A DNA stretch of 64,000 nucleotides, from NCBI GenBank assembly GCA_965221905.1, contig OZ244922.1, forward strand, positions 480,001 to 544,000, given 5' to 3'. This document shows positions 51,186-61,199 of the stretch, piece by piece (position 1 is the first letter of the stretch; every line of letters starts with the position of its first letter). Position numbers and translations under genes: made by a program. A model generated the notes under the pieces. The model had not been told where the DNA came from, made no database searches, and saw only the letters and a program-made list of their open reading frames with translations. The stretch is from Chloroflexota bacterium (GTDB taxonomy: Bacteria > Chloroflexota > UBA11872 > VXOZ01).

Positions 51186-52532
51186 ATGGCTACAGCAAAT
51201 GGCACATCCCCAGCGCAACTCAAGCAGATGTTGGATGAGACGATAGACGCGCAGTTCGATGCGATCACCGGCATTGCCGACCGTATCTTGCGGCACCCGG
51301 AGACGGGGTACAAGGAATTCGAGACCGCCGGAGTGGTTGACGAGTGGCTGACGCAGCTCGCTATTCCCCACCATACGGATATCGCCGTTACGGGTGTGAA
51401 GGCCGTGCTCGATACGGGACGACCGGGGCCGAGTGTGGCGATTATGGGCGAGTTGGACGCGCTGCCGGTACCGGATCACCCGTATGCGCATCCTGAGACC
51501 GGCGCCGCACACGCGTGCGGTCATAATAACCAGATTGCGACTATGCTTGGCGCCGCGGTTGGGTTTGCGCAGTCCGGCGTGCTCGACCACCTGTGCGGCA
51601 AGCTGGTCTTCATGGCGGTGCCGGCGGAAGAGTATGTGGAGGTGGGCTTTCGGCAATCCTTGCGCGACCAGGGAACAATCGAGTTCCTGGGCGGCAAGCC
51701 GGAGTTCATTCGTCTGGGCGCGTTCGATGACGTGGATTTCGCCATGCTGGTGCACACGAGCAGCCGCGCTGAAGACGGCATTGTCTGCATGACGGAGACG
51801 AGCAACGGCACGGTCGCGAAGCACGTCACGTACCATGGCCGCGCGGCGCATGCCGCCGGTGCGCCCCATAGGGGCATCAACGCCCTGAATGCCGCGACAC
51901 TGGCATTCACGGCAATCCAGTTTCAGCGCGAAACCTTCCGTGACGAGGACACCGTGCGCGCGCACTTCATCATCACGCGCGGCGGCGAGGTGAACAACGT
52001 AATCCCGGCCCTTGTGCAAATGGAGGGCAAGGTGCGCGGCAAGACCATGGATGTCATGCTGGAAGCAAGCCAGAAAGTGGAACGCGCGCTCAAAGCCGGA
52101 GCGCTGGCTACGGGAGCGACCGTGCACATCGAGACGTTTCCCGGCTACTTCCCCATGATTCCCCATCCGCCGCTGGCTGACCTCTATCGTGATAATGCCG
52201 CCGCCCTAGTGGGAGAAGAGCACATCTCAACGCGAGCCCATAGTACCGGCTCTACAGACATGGGCGACGTGATGAACGTCGTGCGCGCAATCCAGCCGGC
52301 TGCGGGTGGCGCGACGGGAACCGGCCACGGGAACGACTTCTTACTCCATGACGCCGATCATGCCATTATCATGCCGGCGAAGCTCATGGCGCAGACGGCG
52401 ATTGACCTGCTGGCGAACGGCGCGGAAACGGCGCATAGGGTAATGGAAGAAACCAAACCGCCCTTTACGAAGGATGAATACCTCACCCAACTCCGCAGCC
52501 TGGCGCAGACGGTGGAATATGACGGCACGTAA
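51186..52532 (+). CDS. M20 family amidohydrolase/peptidase
   Basis: HPETGYKE, GELDAL, HACGHN, PAEE, GRAAHA, GSTDMGD. Confidence 0.9.
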   Translation: MATANGTSPAQLKQMLDETIDAQFDAITGIADRILRHPETGYKEFETAGVVDEWLTQLAIPHHTDIAVTGVKAVLDTGRPGPSVAIMGELDALPVPDHPYAHPETGAAHACGHNNQIATMLGAAVGFAQSGVLDHLCGKLVFMAVPAEEYVEVGFRQSLRDQGTIEFLGGKPEFIRLGAFDDVDFAMLVHTSSRAEDGIVCMTETSNGTVAKHVTYHGRAAHAAGAPHRGINALNAATLAFTAIQFQRETFRDEDTVRAHFIITRGGEVNNVIPALVQMEGKVRGKTMDVMLEASQKVERALKAGALATGATVHIETFPGYFPMIPHPPLADLYRDNAAALVGEEHISTRAHSTGSTDMGDVMNVVRAIQPAAGGATGTGHGNDFLLHDADHAIIMPAKLMAQTAIDLLANGAETAHRVMEETKPPFTKDEYLTQLRSLAQTVEYDGT

Positions 52533-52768
52533 TCTCATGTTGCTCGGTGCTGCCCGACCCGATCGCCAACCATAGACATTGGAACAACTGGGTGAGGGAT
52601 CGACAGCCTGACTGCCCGTCGCTTGGTTTCTACAAGAACCGAGAGAGTTTGCCTAAAGTTACAGGCATTCATTGAACTGTCAGATGATAGCTGTACAATG
52701 ACTAGGAAAGAGGTTTCTTGCGCTAGCGTCTTTAGAATGTAGTTGCAGTGTACAATGAGTAGGGAGGA

Positions 52769-53038
52769 ATGGGGTCAGCAAGTTCTGTGCCCATAGTTGT
52801 GATGAATAAGCTACCAGTAGTTCGAAGTTTGTTTAGAGCACTTCGCCCACGCAAGGCTAGGATGCATATCTCCACATATCCAATTCGATACCAAGTGCGC
52901 TACTTGGATGGATTGGTGGAGATTGGAATCTCAGATAATTCGGATGCCGATCAGGCTGCAATCCGAGGTGATTGGATCGCAATCGGAAACGATATGCGTA
53001 AAGCAATAGAGGGCTTTAGGATACATCAAGGAGCCTGA
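52769..53038 (+). CDS. hypothetical protein (start may be 52802)
   Basis: AT-richer ORF ending D..AIRGDW..IGNDMRKAI, 3 nt before the next gene. Confidence 0.6.
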   Translation: MGSASSVPIVVMNKLPVVRSLFRALRPRKARMHISTYPIRYQVRYLDGLVEIGISDNSDADQAAIRGDWIAIGNDMRKAIEGFRIHQGA

Positions 53039-53041
53039 TGC

Positions 53042-53494
53042 GTGAATGAGGAAGAGGATAACCAGCTACCTAGCAAGGAAGATAGCGAGGTTCTTCCTAG
53101 AGAAGAGGATGAAGAGGCGGAGATCGTTACAAGAGCCTCTTCTTGGAGCGGCCCTCTACCTTCACCAAGTTCACTAAGAGAGTTCGAAGAAATCGTCCCT
53201 GGCTCTGCTGACCGATTGATCACAATGGTCGAAAAGCAGGGCAATCACCGCATGGAGATTGAAAAGAGGGTGGTCGATGGCGAGTCAAAACGAGCTTGGG
53301 TCGACCTTGTTGCACGCCACTCAATCACCCTCGTAGGAATCCTCGCGAGCATACTTCTTGTCGTGTTTGGTTACACTCCCGCAGGCGTGATATTGACGGG
53401 TTTAACCACTTTGTTCGCAGTTATTACATTCCTGATAGGCAAGATACTCGATAGCCTGCTTAACCAGTCACGCTCCGAACCGCCCTCTGGATAA
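53042..53494 (+). CDS. DUF2335-like membrane protein
   Basis: WSGPLPSP..L..FE.IVPGSADRLI.M.EKQ..HR, two TM helices. Confidence 0.8.
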   Translation: MNEEEDNQLPSKEDSEVLPREEDEEAEIVTRASSWSGPLPSPSSLREFEEIVPGSADRLITMVEKQGNHRMEIEKRVVDGESKRAWVDLVARHSITLVGILASILLVVFGYTPAGVILTGLTTLFAVITFLIGKILDSLLNQSRSEPPSG

Positions 53495-53516
53495 GTGCCC
53501 GCATCTAGAATCCTCC

Positions 53517-53858
53517 CTAGTCTTTCAGCACGAAGTAGACCAACACCGTGCATGATTGGCCGAGCGGGAGTTCGCCCGCAAGCCGCAGCCAGTTGCCGAA
53601 GTGCGTTACGCGTACTGAGGTGAGGCCGTCAGGTTGCTCCGGGAGGGGAATCAGCGTGCCTTCGTCGAGCCAATGGATGCCGTCCGGCGAGATTTGCACT
53701 GCTGCGCTTTGCTGAGAGACGCCATCCTTGAGGACGCGAATGAATATGAGCGCCTCGGCTGCCCAGCCGGCCTCGTAGGGCTCGGTGGCAAAGGCGCCTT
53801 CCCACGTGACGTTGCGTTCTACAACCGCTGTATAGACCTGGCGCGGCATTTTTCTCAT
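53517..53858 (-). CDS. hypothetical protein
   Basis: 113-aa ORF, TEPYEAGWA.EA, VQISPDG..W, HFGNWLRL; beta-rich pattern. Confidence 0.7.
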   Translation of the reverse strand: MRKMPRQVYTAVVERNVTWEGAFATEPYEAGWAAEALIFIRVLKDGVSQQSAAVQISPDGIHWLDEGTLIPLPEQPDGLTSVRVTHFGNWLRLAGELPLGQSCTVLVYFVLKD

Positions 53859-54315
53859 AACCCTTTACTTTGGGACCAACTTCGTAGGGGCACGACATGT
53901 CGTGCCCCTACTCCGCGCAAACAAGCGGCGGCTGATTCCGTCATTTCTGCGCAAGCGGTAATCCATCTTCGCGACGAGAGCGAAACTACAGGCCATTCTC
54001 AATTTCCCGTGTGGCTCGGCAAGGATGGCTGCGATACCTGTGAGAGTAAACTATAAACGGTCTTGCTCCGGTAGCGCAGGTTTGCAACCTGCGTCCCCTC
54101 CCATTCAGGCTTCAGTCGCGGCCCCACCCTGACACACAGCCTGTGCCGGGTGCTTCTCTTGTTCGCATGCCGCTCTTGGTAGCGCAGGTTTGCAACCTGC
54201 GTCCTCTTTACGTCAGTTCCCCATTCGCGGCACATGAGCGCTATAGACTGTGTTCACGCCTCTTCACGTTCCAATCCTACAAACGGCGTGCATCGCCCGC
54301 CCTATGAAATAATAT

Positions 54316-55164
54316 CTACTCCTCCAACGAGAGCACGACTGAATCCAGGTAGAGGAACGCTCGCCTGTCGGTGGCGGTCTCAACGAAGAAGGCGGTGTTG
54401 AGCATGCACCACAGATCGGCATCGTTCGGGGCGCGAATCGGCGACAGGTCGGTCAAGGTGAAGACATGATCGTTGCACTGCAATTCGGCGTAATTCATGG
54501 TATGCAGGTCGCATGCAAACCGCAGGTAGTGCCAATTGATCTTGGTCGGCAGCTCATTGTAGCAGAGGCGCTGCTGGGCCTGTGGTATGTCTTTCCATCC
54601 CCGTGGATCGAGGTGGTAGAAAGAGCGTATCTCGCCGCTCTCGCCCACGACGTGCCGCTGCGGCAACTCGTCACGGTATTGCCACTGGTAGCGCGGCGTG
54701 CCGTCTGCCGTGTTGCAGTAGCGCAAGTGGGGCATGGCGCGCTGTTCGTTGTCCTGCAGATCGAAGAGCACGCCAAAGCCGCCTACGTCGTGATCGCCCA
54801 GGGTAAGGGTGCTCGGTTCCGGCTTGAGCGCAAAGTAGCACTCCATCTGGATGCGACCGCGTTTGCGCCAGGTAGCGCGCTTGATTGCTACCGCCATATG
54901 CCCGGCGCGGGCGCGAGTGGCGAGCTTTAACGAGTACGTGCCGGAGAGAGCACCGGCAGTACCCGTGTCCCACATCGTTGCGCTGCTCAGCATGGGCGGG
55001 CGGTGGTCGCGAAAGGGCGGGAGGATGGTATCCAAGCTGCCTTCGTAGTTGCCGATCAACTCGCTCCAGCCGCACATGCCGTTGTCGAAGTTGTCGGCAA
55101 ACAGAATACGACCCAGCGGGTCGAATTTGCTCAGAAACGGGTCCGTGTACACGCCTGCCATCAC
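54316..55164 (-). CDS. hypothetical protein (possibly DUF6772-like, beta-sandwich)
   Basis: 282-aa ORF with typical codon usage; DNFD.G..GW, NWHYLR, LYLDSVVLS; family name from recall only. Confidence 0.65.
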   Translation of the reverse strand: MMAGVYTDPFLSKFDPLGRILFADNFDNGMCGWSELIGNYEGSLDTILPPFRDHRPPMLSSATMWDTGTAGALSGTYSLKLATRARAGHMAVAIKRATWRKRGRIQMECYFALKPEPSTLTLGDHDVGGFGVLFDLQDNEQRAMPHLRYCNTADGTPRYQWQYRDELPQRHVVGESGEIRSFYHLDPRGWKDIPQAQQRLCYNELPTKINWHYLRFACDLHTMNYAELQCNDHVFTLTDLSPIRAPNDADLWCMLNTAFFVETATDRRAFLYLDSVVLSLEE

Positions 55165-55500
55165 CTACCGTGCTTTCGCAAGACTTTGTAACGCTGCCCT
55201 AACGCGCCAATAGTCCAATGAGGATGCCGGCCTTGTCCGCTCACCACAATTGCGTGGACGTTGAACCGGCGCACGTGCCCCCTTTAACCTTTGTGGTGCG
55301 TATTGCACGTGCAAGAGGCAACACAGCTTCACTCCAGTCCCGCCCACGGATACGCAGAGTATAGCATAGCGTGCCCCGATGCCCGGGATTCGGTATCGGC
55401 GAAAGAAGCAAGTCGCAGGATTTTGTGAATATAGCGCTGTGCCGTCCGCGGTCATACCTTAGTAAGAGCGGCAGCGGCTTGGTTTGGCGCGTGGAGAAGA

Positions 55501-55638
55501 GGCGCAGGTTGCAGCCCTACCCTACCGTGCAAGATGCAGGCGCAGGTTGCAAACCTACGCTACCGGGGAGGACATGGGCGCAGGTTGCGAACCTACGCTA
55601 CCGGGGAAGATGTGGGCGCAGGTTGCAGACCTACGCTA
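55501..55638. repeat. 4 x 38-bp tandem array of GTAG-type REP units
   Basis: GGCGCAGGTTGCNNACCTACGCTAC-like units at 55501, 55539, 55577, 55615. Confidence 0.88.
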
Positions 55639-55865
55639 GCGAATGGGACAGCGGCTAGTTTACTGCCGCTTCGGTCAGCTCGGCCAAAGGGACTCTTGCG
55701 GGCGGCGGCTCTGCGATCACTCATGTGTTGAACTCTTGTGCTCATTGCTATACTGAACACGACAGCAATGCGCGTCGAGAAGGAATCTATCCATAGGCAA
55801 GAGGCCGAACGGACCGCAGAGCGTCGCTGCCGCGTAGAAACCGCCCACAGCAAAAGGAGCAAGAC

Positions 55866-56969
55866 ATGATCACCTATGATGACCTGAAAGTCGGCACGTT
55901 TATCAATGCGAGCGGAACTGTCACGACGTTGGGGGGCAGTCTCATGCCGGCGCCTGTAGTGGAGGCGATGGAACGGGCTGCCCAATCGTTTGTCGACCTC
56001 AACGAGCTTCACGAACAGGCGGGCGCGTGGCTGGCGGAATTTATCGGCGTGCCGGCGGCTTTCATTTCGTGCGGAGCCGCCAGTGGCATGCAACTTGCAG
56101 CCGCCGCCTGCATGACGGGGACAGACACGGACCGTGTCCGGGCGCTGCCGCAGGTTGCCGGCGGCAAGAATGAGTTCGTCATCAGCTTCGTGGACGAGCA
56201 CACGTACATTCATCAGGGAATTGAGATCGTTGGCGGCAAGCTGGCGCCCGCGGGAAGCAGAGAGAGAGTTACGACGGAGGACCTCGTAGGCGGCATCACG
56301 GAACGCACGGCGGCCGTGGTGCACTTCCTTGGCAAGCAGACCAAAGCGCAGCTTATAGAAGTGGTAGCGGGTGCGCATGCGCGAGGCGTGCCTGTGATGG
56401 TTGATGCGGCGGCACAACTCCCGCCGCGCGCAAACCTAAGAGAAATTGTGGAGTTGGGCGCCGATCTCGTCATCTTTAGCGGCGGCAAGGGCATGCGCGG
56501 TCCGCAGGCCACGGGTCTGGTATTGGGAAAACCGGAGCTTGTGGCAGCGGCACGTCTCAACGGCAGTCCGCAGAGTGCGGTGGGCAGAGGCATGAAGGTG
56601 GGTAAGGAAGAAATCATGGGTCTGCTGGCGGCGGTTGAACTTTACCTGGCCCAAGACGAGGCGGCAGAACTCGCGGGCTGGGAGCAGCAGATGCGCACGG
56701 TGGCAGCGGGTGTGGACGGCATTGACGGTGTTACCGGAGAGGTGCTGCGCAAGGATGAAGGCGCCAGTTGGGATATTGTGCCGCATACGCAGATTAGCTT
56801 CGCGGACTCAAGCCCCATGCAGGCCGCGGACGTTGCGCACGCCCTCCGCCAGGGCGAACCTGCCATCGAGGTGCGGCTCAACGAGGCTGGAATCTTGATC
56901 AGCCCCATGACCCTGGAGCCCGGCGAAGATAGCATAGTCGCTGAGCGGCTCCGCGAGGTCTTGCAGTAG
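55866..56969 (+). CDS. SelA-like / DgaE-family PLP-dependent enzyme
   Basis: INASGTVTTLGGS, VDAAAQ, FSGGKGMRGPQ, GRGMKVGKEE; 367 aa. Confidence 0.85.
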   Translation: MITYDDLKVGTFINASGTVTTLGGSLMPAPVVEAMERAAQSFVDLNELHEQAGAWLAEFIGVPAAFISCGAASGMQLAAAACMTGTDTDRVRALPQVAGGKNEFVISFVDEHTYIHQGIEIVGGKLAPAGSRERVTTEDLVGGITERTAAVVHFLGKQTKAQLIEVVAGAHARGVPVMVDAAAQLPPRANLREIVELGADLVIFSGGKGMRGPQATGLVLGKPELVAAARLNGSPQSAVGRGMKVGKEEIMGLLAAVELYLAQDEAAELAGWEQQMRTVAAGVDGIDGVTGEVLRKDEGASWDIVPHTQISFADSSPMQAADVAHALRQGEPAIEVRLNEAGILISPMTLEPGEDSIVAERLREVLQ

Positions 56970-57278
56970 GAATCGGCTTCGGTGGGCCACACAGGAATGC
57001 ACCGGCGTCAAGACGTGTCGCTCGATTGACTCGCAGAGGCGATTTAATGTATCCACCGGGTTCGGCGGGCGACTGTCGGGCACCGCAACAAACCTGACAT
57101 GCTAGAATAGCCGCATAGATCCGAAGGATAGCTGCGGGATGGCGCGAATCATGCCGCAGCTTGGTGCGTTTCTCATAGGATGTTGCGGCGGTAGAGCGGC
57201 ACTTGCCTTGACCGCGAGTCGTTGGTCTAAGTGCCGCAGTTGGCTTCATCTCCAACCTCAATACGGTGAGGCAAGGCA

Positions 57279-58340
57279 ATGAGCAAGGCGAAAATTGGCG
57301 TGATCGGCGCTGGCTGGTGGGCGACACAACACCACATCCCCAGCCTGAAGACGTACGAGAAGGCGGACCTCATCGGCATTGCCGACATTAAACCGGAGAA
57401 GGCCGCGGCCGCCGCCAACTACTACGACATTCGCAATACCTATGACAACCACCGGGACTTGCTTGCCGCAGGAGTCGAGGGTGTTGTCATTGCCGTCCAG
57501 CACGCCTATCACTACGAGGCTGCCCGCGACGCGCTGGACGCCGGCGTCCACGTGCTGGTTGAGAAGCCGATGACCCTGACCGCAGCCGACGCCTGGGACC
57601 TCGTGGCTCGTGCGAAGCGCAACGGGTTGCACCTGATGGTCGGTTACACCTGCCAGTTCACCCGGCATGCGCAGGCAGCCCGCGAAATCGTCCAAGCGGG
57701 CAAGATCGGCGAACTGCAGCTCGTTTCCGGCATATTCACTTCCTGGGTGGAGTCCTTCCTGCGCGGCAGACCCCAGGACTATGCCGAGGCCTTTGGTTTT
57801 CCTGTGACCGGTCCCGAGCCCGACAGCTACTCGGACCCAAAGATGGCCGGTGGCGGCCAGGGCCATCTTCAGGTGACACACCCGATGGGCATGGCGCTCT
57901 GGGTGACCGACCGGCGGGCGGTGGAGGTCTTTGCCTACATGGAGAACTACGACCTGGCAGTGGACCTGGTAAATTCGTTCAGCTACCGGCTGGACAACGG
58001 AGCGATGGGCACGATGGCGTCCACCGGCGCCATGCGACCGCACCAACGGCTTGACCAGGGCTTTGTGTACACCGGCAGCAAAGGCGTCTTACGCCAGGAC
58101 ATGGCCGGGGGCCGCTTGGAGGCCCAGTACAACGACGGAACGTCGGAGGAGTTCCCGGACCTTTCCGAGGAGGAGCGCAATCCATCGCATTTGCCGTCGC
58201 GTGGACTGACAGACGTTATCTTGGGCGAGGGCGAGAATCGCGCTCCGGGCGAGGTGGGCGCGCGGGTCGTCGAATTCCTGGAGGCAGGATACTGGTCCGC
58301 GGCATCGGGACAGGTCGTCAAAGTCGATTCTCTGCTCTAA
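57279..58340 (+). CDS. Gfo/Idh/MocA family oxidoreductase
   Basis: GVIGAGWWA, HVLVEKPM, GGG...TH. Confidence 0.9.
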   Translation: MSKAKIGVIGAGWWATQHHIPSLKTYEKADLIGIADIKPEKAAAAANYYDIRNTYDNHRDLLAAGVEGVVIAVQHAYHYEAARDALDAGVHVLVEKPMTLTAADAWDLVARAKRNGLHLMVGYTCQFTRHAQAAREIVQAGKIGELQLVSGIFTSWVESFLRGRPQDYAEAFGFPVTGPEPDSYSDPKMAGGGQGHLQVTHPMGMALWVTDRRAVEVFAYMENYDLAVDLVNSFSYRLDNGAMGTMASTGAMRPHQRLDQGFVYTGSKGVLRQDMAGGRLEAQYNDGTSEEFPDLSEEERNPSHLPSRGLTDVILGEGENRAPGEVGARVVEFLEAGYWSAASGQVVKVDSLL

Positions 58341-58522
58341 GCGGGTGGTCCTAAAGTCTGCGGCAACCGTTCGTGCTGAGCCTGTCGAAGCATGAAGCGT
58401 CCTTAGACACGCCCAGGGCGAACGGATGAGAGTGCATGACAGCACCTTTAGAACCACCCCCTAAAGCGCTGTGGCCCGCTGCGGACGACGCCGAGAGGCC
58501 CTGGGACTGAGGAGACTTGCTC

Positions 58523-59395
58523 ATGGAGAAGCTGGAATTCGTTGATACGCATGTCCATTTCTACGATATGCAGCACCCGGAGCTGGTCTACGGCCACTGG
58601 CAGCCCGGCGTACCGCATGAGACCCTGGGGGAGCAGATACAACGGCTCGCCGAGCGGAACTATCTTGCCGAAGACTATATCGCCGAGACCCGCAACGCGA
58701 ATGTCACTAAGGCAGTGCACGTGCAAGCTGCCATCGGCAGCCCGGACCCGGTCACCGAGACCGAGTGGCTCCAGGCAGCGGCCGACCGCACGGGGTTTCC
58801 CCATGGCATTGTGGCGCACGCCGACCTGCGCGATCCCGGCGTGGAGGGCGTCCTAGAGCGGCACTGCCGGTTTCCTAATATGCGCGGCATACGGGACTTT
58901 TCCTACGGGGATTACCTCATCGAGCCGGACTTTCACCGGGGCTTTGCGCTCCTGGAGAAGTACAATCTGGTCTCCAGCATAGCCGCCGGTTGGCAGGACA
59001 TGGCAAAGCTCCGGGAACTGGCGGATACGTATCCCAGCATCATGATCGTCGTCGATCACACGGGACTGCCCGCGGAACGCACGGACGAGTACTTCGAGCG
59101 GTGGAAGGGCGGCATGGCTGTAGCGGCTACGTGCGACAACATCCGCTGGAAGATCTCCGGCCTCGGTATGAGCGACAACAACTGGACGGTCGACAGCATT
59201 AGGCGGTGGGTGCTCACGTCCATCGAGACGTTCGGAGTAGACCGCTGCATCTTCGCTACCAACTGGCCGGTGGACTGGCTCTGGAGCACCTACGACGAGC
59301 TGATAGACGCCTACACGGAGATTATCTCCGACTTCAGCCGGGCCGAGCAGGTGGCGCTCTTCTCAAAGAACGCTGAGAATCTGTACCGCATCTAA
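58523..59395 (+). CDS. amidohydrolase-2 family protein (sugar-lactonase-like)
   Basis: VDTHVH, RGIR, VDHTG.P, KISG, FG.DRC.FATNWP. Confidence 0.88.
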   Translation: MEKLEFVDTHVHFYDMQHPELVYGHWQPGVPHETLGEQIQRLAERNYLAEDYIAETRNANVTKAVHVQAAIGSPDPVTETEWLQAAADRTGFPHGIVAHADLRDPGVEGVLERHCRFPNMRGIRDFSYGDYLIEPDFHRGFALLEKYNLVSSIAAGWQDMAKLRELADTYPSIMIVVDHTGLPAERTDEYFERWKGGMAVAATCDNIRWKISGLGMSDNNWTVDSIRRWVLTSIETFGVDRCIFATNWPVDWLWSTYDELIDAYTEIISDFSRAEQVALFSKNAENLYRI

Positions 59396-59522
59396 CGGCG
59401 GCCCCGTCAAGGGTTGCGAGAATTCGGTGTCCGGGACTATAGACTGCATTTCTCAACCGTGCCCAGGCTGGATGCGGCAGCACAACTCCCATTGCCGCCT
59501 ACCTCACGCGGGTTCTCGTACC

Positions 59523-60551
59523 TTAGAAGTTGCCGGTTCTGCTTTCGTACTTCGTCGGTTTGCCCAGCGTCGCGCCCTCGTGTTTCGCCCACCAGGCGAC
59601 CCACTCGATGATCTGTGCCGACGGCACGCGGGGTGCGCCGAACGTTTCCACGTAGCGCGTCGCGTCGCCGAGCAGCGCCGTCTCTTCCGGTTCTCCGGTG
59701 AATACCGGCGCCACACCCATGCGCTCGCCCAGAGATTCGGCGACTGCGCGGACGGAAAGCGTATCCGTGCCGGTCAAATTGATCACGTCGGCCGGGCTGG
59801 CGCAGAGCGGGAACGAACGCGCAAGCATGTCGCAGGCGTCGCCCTGCCAGATTTGATTGGCGTAGCCCATTGACAGGTCTATCGGCGTCTGCTCCTTCAC
59901 CTTGGTAGCAATGTCCAGGATAATGCCGTAGCGGAGTTCCGTGGCGTAGAAGAGGCGCACGATGAGCGTGGGCGTACCGTTCTTGGCGGCGTAGTATTCC
60001 ACCAGGCGCTCCCCGCCCAATCGTGATTCCGCGTATTCGCCCACCGGCCCGAGCGGTGCGTCTTCCGCTGCCCCGCTGCCATCAACCGGCATGAACCGGT
60101 ACACGTTGCCGGATGAAACGTAGACCATGCGGGAGGTGGGAAACCGCTCCATGAGTTTGGCCGGAACGAGCGTATTCATCGCCCAGTTGAGGGAGGGCGC
60201 GCCGCTGGAACCGAACTTGAAGCCCGCGAGCAGATAGAGATAGGGCGCATCCGGCAGCTTGGCGACACTCTCGTCATCCAGTAGGTCGCAAGCCACCGTT
60301 TCCACGCCGACTCCATCCAGGTAGCGGCGCGACTCCGGCGAGGAGAAGCGCGACACGCCGATCACGCGTTTGGCGCCGGCGCGCACGAGCAGCTCGGCGA
60401 GCGTGGGCCCCATCTTGCCCGCCACGCCCAGCACCATAATGTCGCCATCCAGCGCTTGGACCGCTTCACACACGGCGGGCGTGGGCTCAGTCATCTGCGC
60501 CATGAGTTCTGCTTCAGTCCGCAACGGCGGCAGCAACGTTTGCTTGCTCAC
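59523..60551 (-). CDS. NAD-dependent epimerase/dehydratase family protein
   Basis: LGVAGKMG, SSGNVY, GEYAESRLGGER, RLFYA. Confidence 0.88.
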   Translation of the reverse strand: MSKQTLLPPLRTEAELMAQMTEPTPAVCEAVQALDGDIMVLGVAGKMGPTLAELLVRAGAKRVIGVSRFSSPESRRYLDGVGVETVACDLLDDESVAKLPDAPYLYLLAGFKFGSSGAPSLNWAMNTLVPAKLMERFPTSRMVYVSSGNVYRFMPVDGSGAAEDAPLGPVGEYAESRLGGERLVEYYAAKNGTPTLIVRLFYATELRYGIILDIATKVKEQTPIDLSMGYANQIWQGDACDMLARSFPLCASPADVINLTGTDTLSVRAVAESLGERMGVAPVFTGEPEETALLGDATRYVETFGAPRVPSAQIIEWVAWWAKHEGATLGKPTKYESRTGNF

Positions 60552-60713
60552 GACATGCTCCTATTAGGCGAAGGAAAGTTTTTCTACAGTATAACGCGGG
60601 CAGCCTAGTCACTACAGTCAGGCGCGATTGTGCAGACGTGCGGTATTGGGGGTGCGGATCAGGCAATGCTACTGAGGCGCCGCAGAGCTTGGGAGTGGAA
60701 AGAAGGGCGCGCC

Positions 60714-61199
60714 TTACTCCTGCTTCAGCGCGTCAACGACCGCCTGCCGATTGGGAAATCCGCCACTGAACCGCAGCCGCACCTCACCCATCCCATCGTA
60801 GACGACAAGGGCGGGCACAAAGCGTAAGTCCAGACGGTCGGCGAATGCGCTCCCGACGGGCGTATGCTGGCTGAGCCGCACGACACGCGCAGCCTCGCCA
60901 AATTCGCGCTCGATCCCATCGACCATGGGGCGGGCCGAAAGGCTGCCCCCTCAGTAGTTGGAGAACACGACTACCAGGACCGGCCGACCCTTGCCGATGA
61001 GCCGATCCAGTGCCGTGATGTTGTCGATGTTCGATTCCCGATAGCGCAGGACCGCCCCTACCGCGACCATAGCAACACTAACGAGCGCCACTAGCGCCAA
61101 GCCGGCGGGCATCGGCAGCCAAAAATAGGCCGCCGCCGCGCTGACAAGGACGGCGAATAGTGCGAGTATGATGTAGGAGTACTGGGTGACGTAATGCAT
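60714..61199 (-). CDS. membrane-anchored thioredoxin-like putative selenoprotein (UxxS; TGA 60953-60951 read as Sec), 161 aa
   Basis: ORFs 60951..61199 and 60714..60926 are in one frame: PVLVVVFSNY*GGSLSARPMVDGIE...FVPALVVYDGMGE; hairpin right after TGA; paralogue with the same TGA at 62017-62015. Confidence 0.8.
60927..60950 (-). promoter_or_regulatory. candidate SECIS hairpin
   Basis: mRNA UGA-GGGGGCAGCC-UUUC-GGCCCGCCCC: GCC/GGC inner stem and GGGGC/GCCCC outer stem. Confidence 0.6.

Noticed and set aside
55501-55638. Possible mini-CRISPR array
   Set aside because: Linkers are only ~12 nt and resemble each other; the repeat is a dispersed REP family.
55866-56969. True selenocysteine synthase (selA) supporting the selenoprotein call
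   Set aside because: Short (367 aa) with DgaE/SelA-like motifs, among catabolic genes and with no selB nearby; not counted as evidence for Sec machinery.
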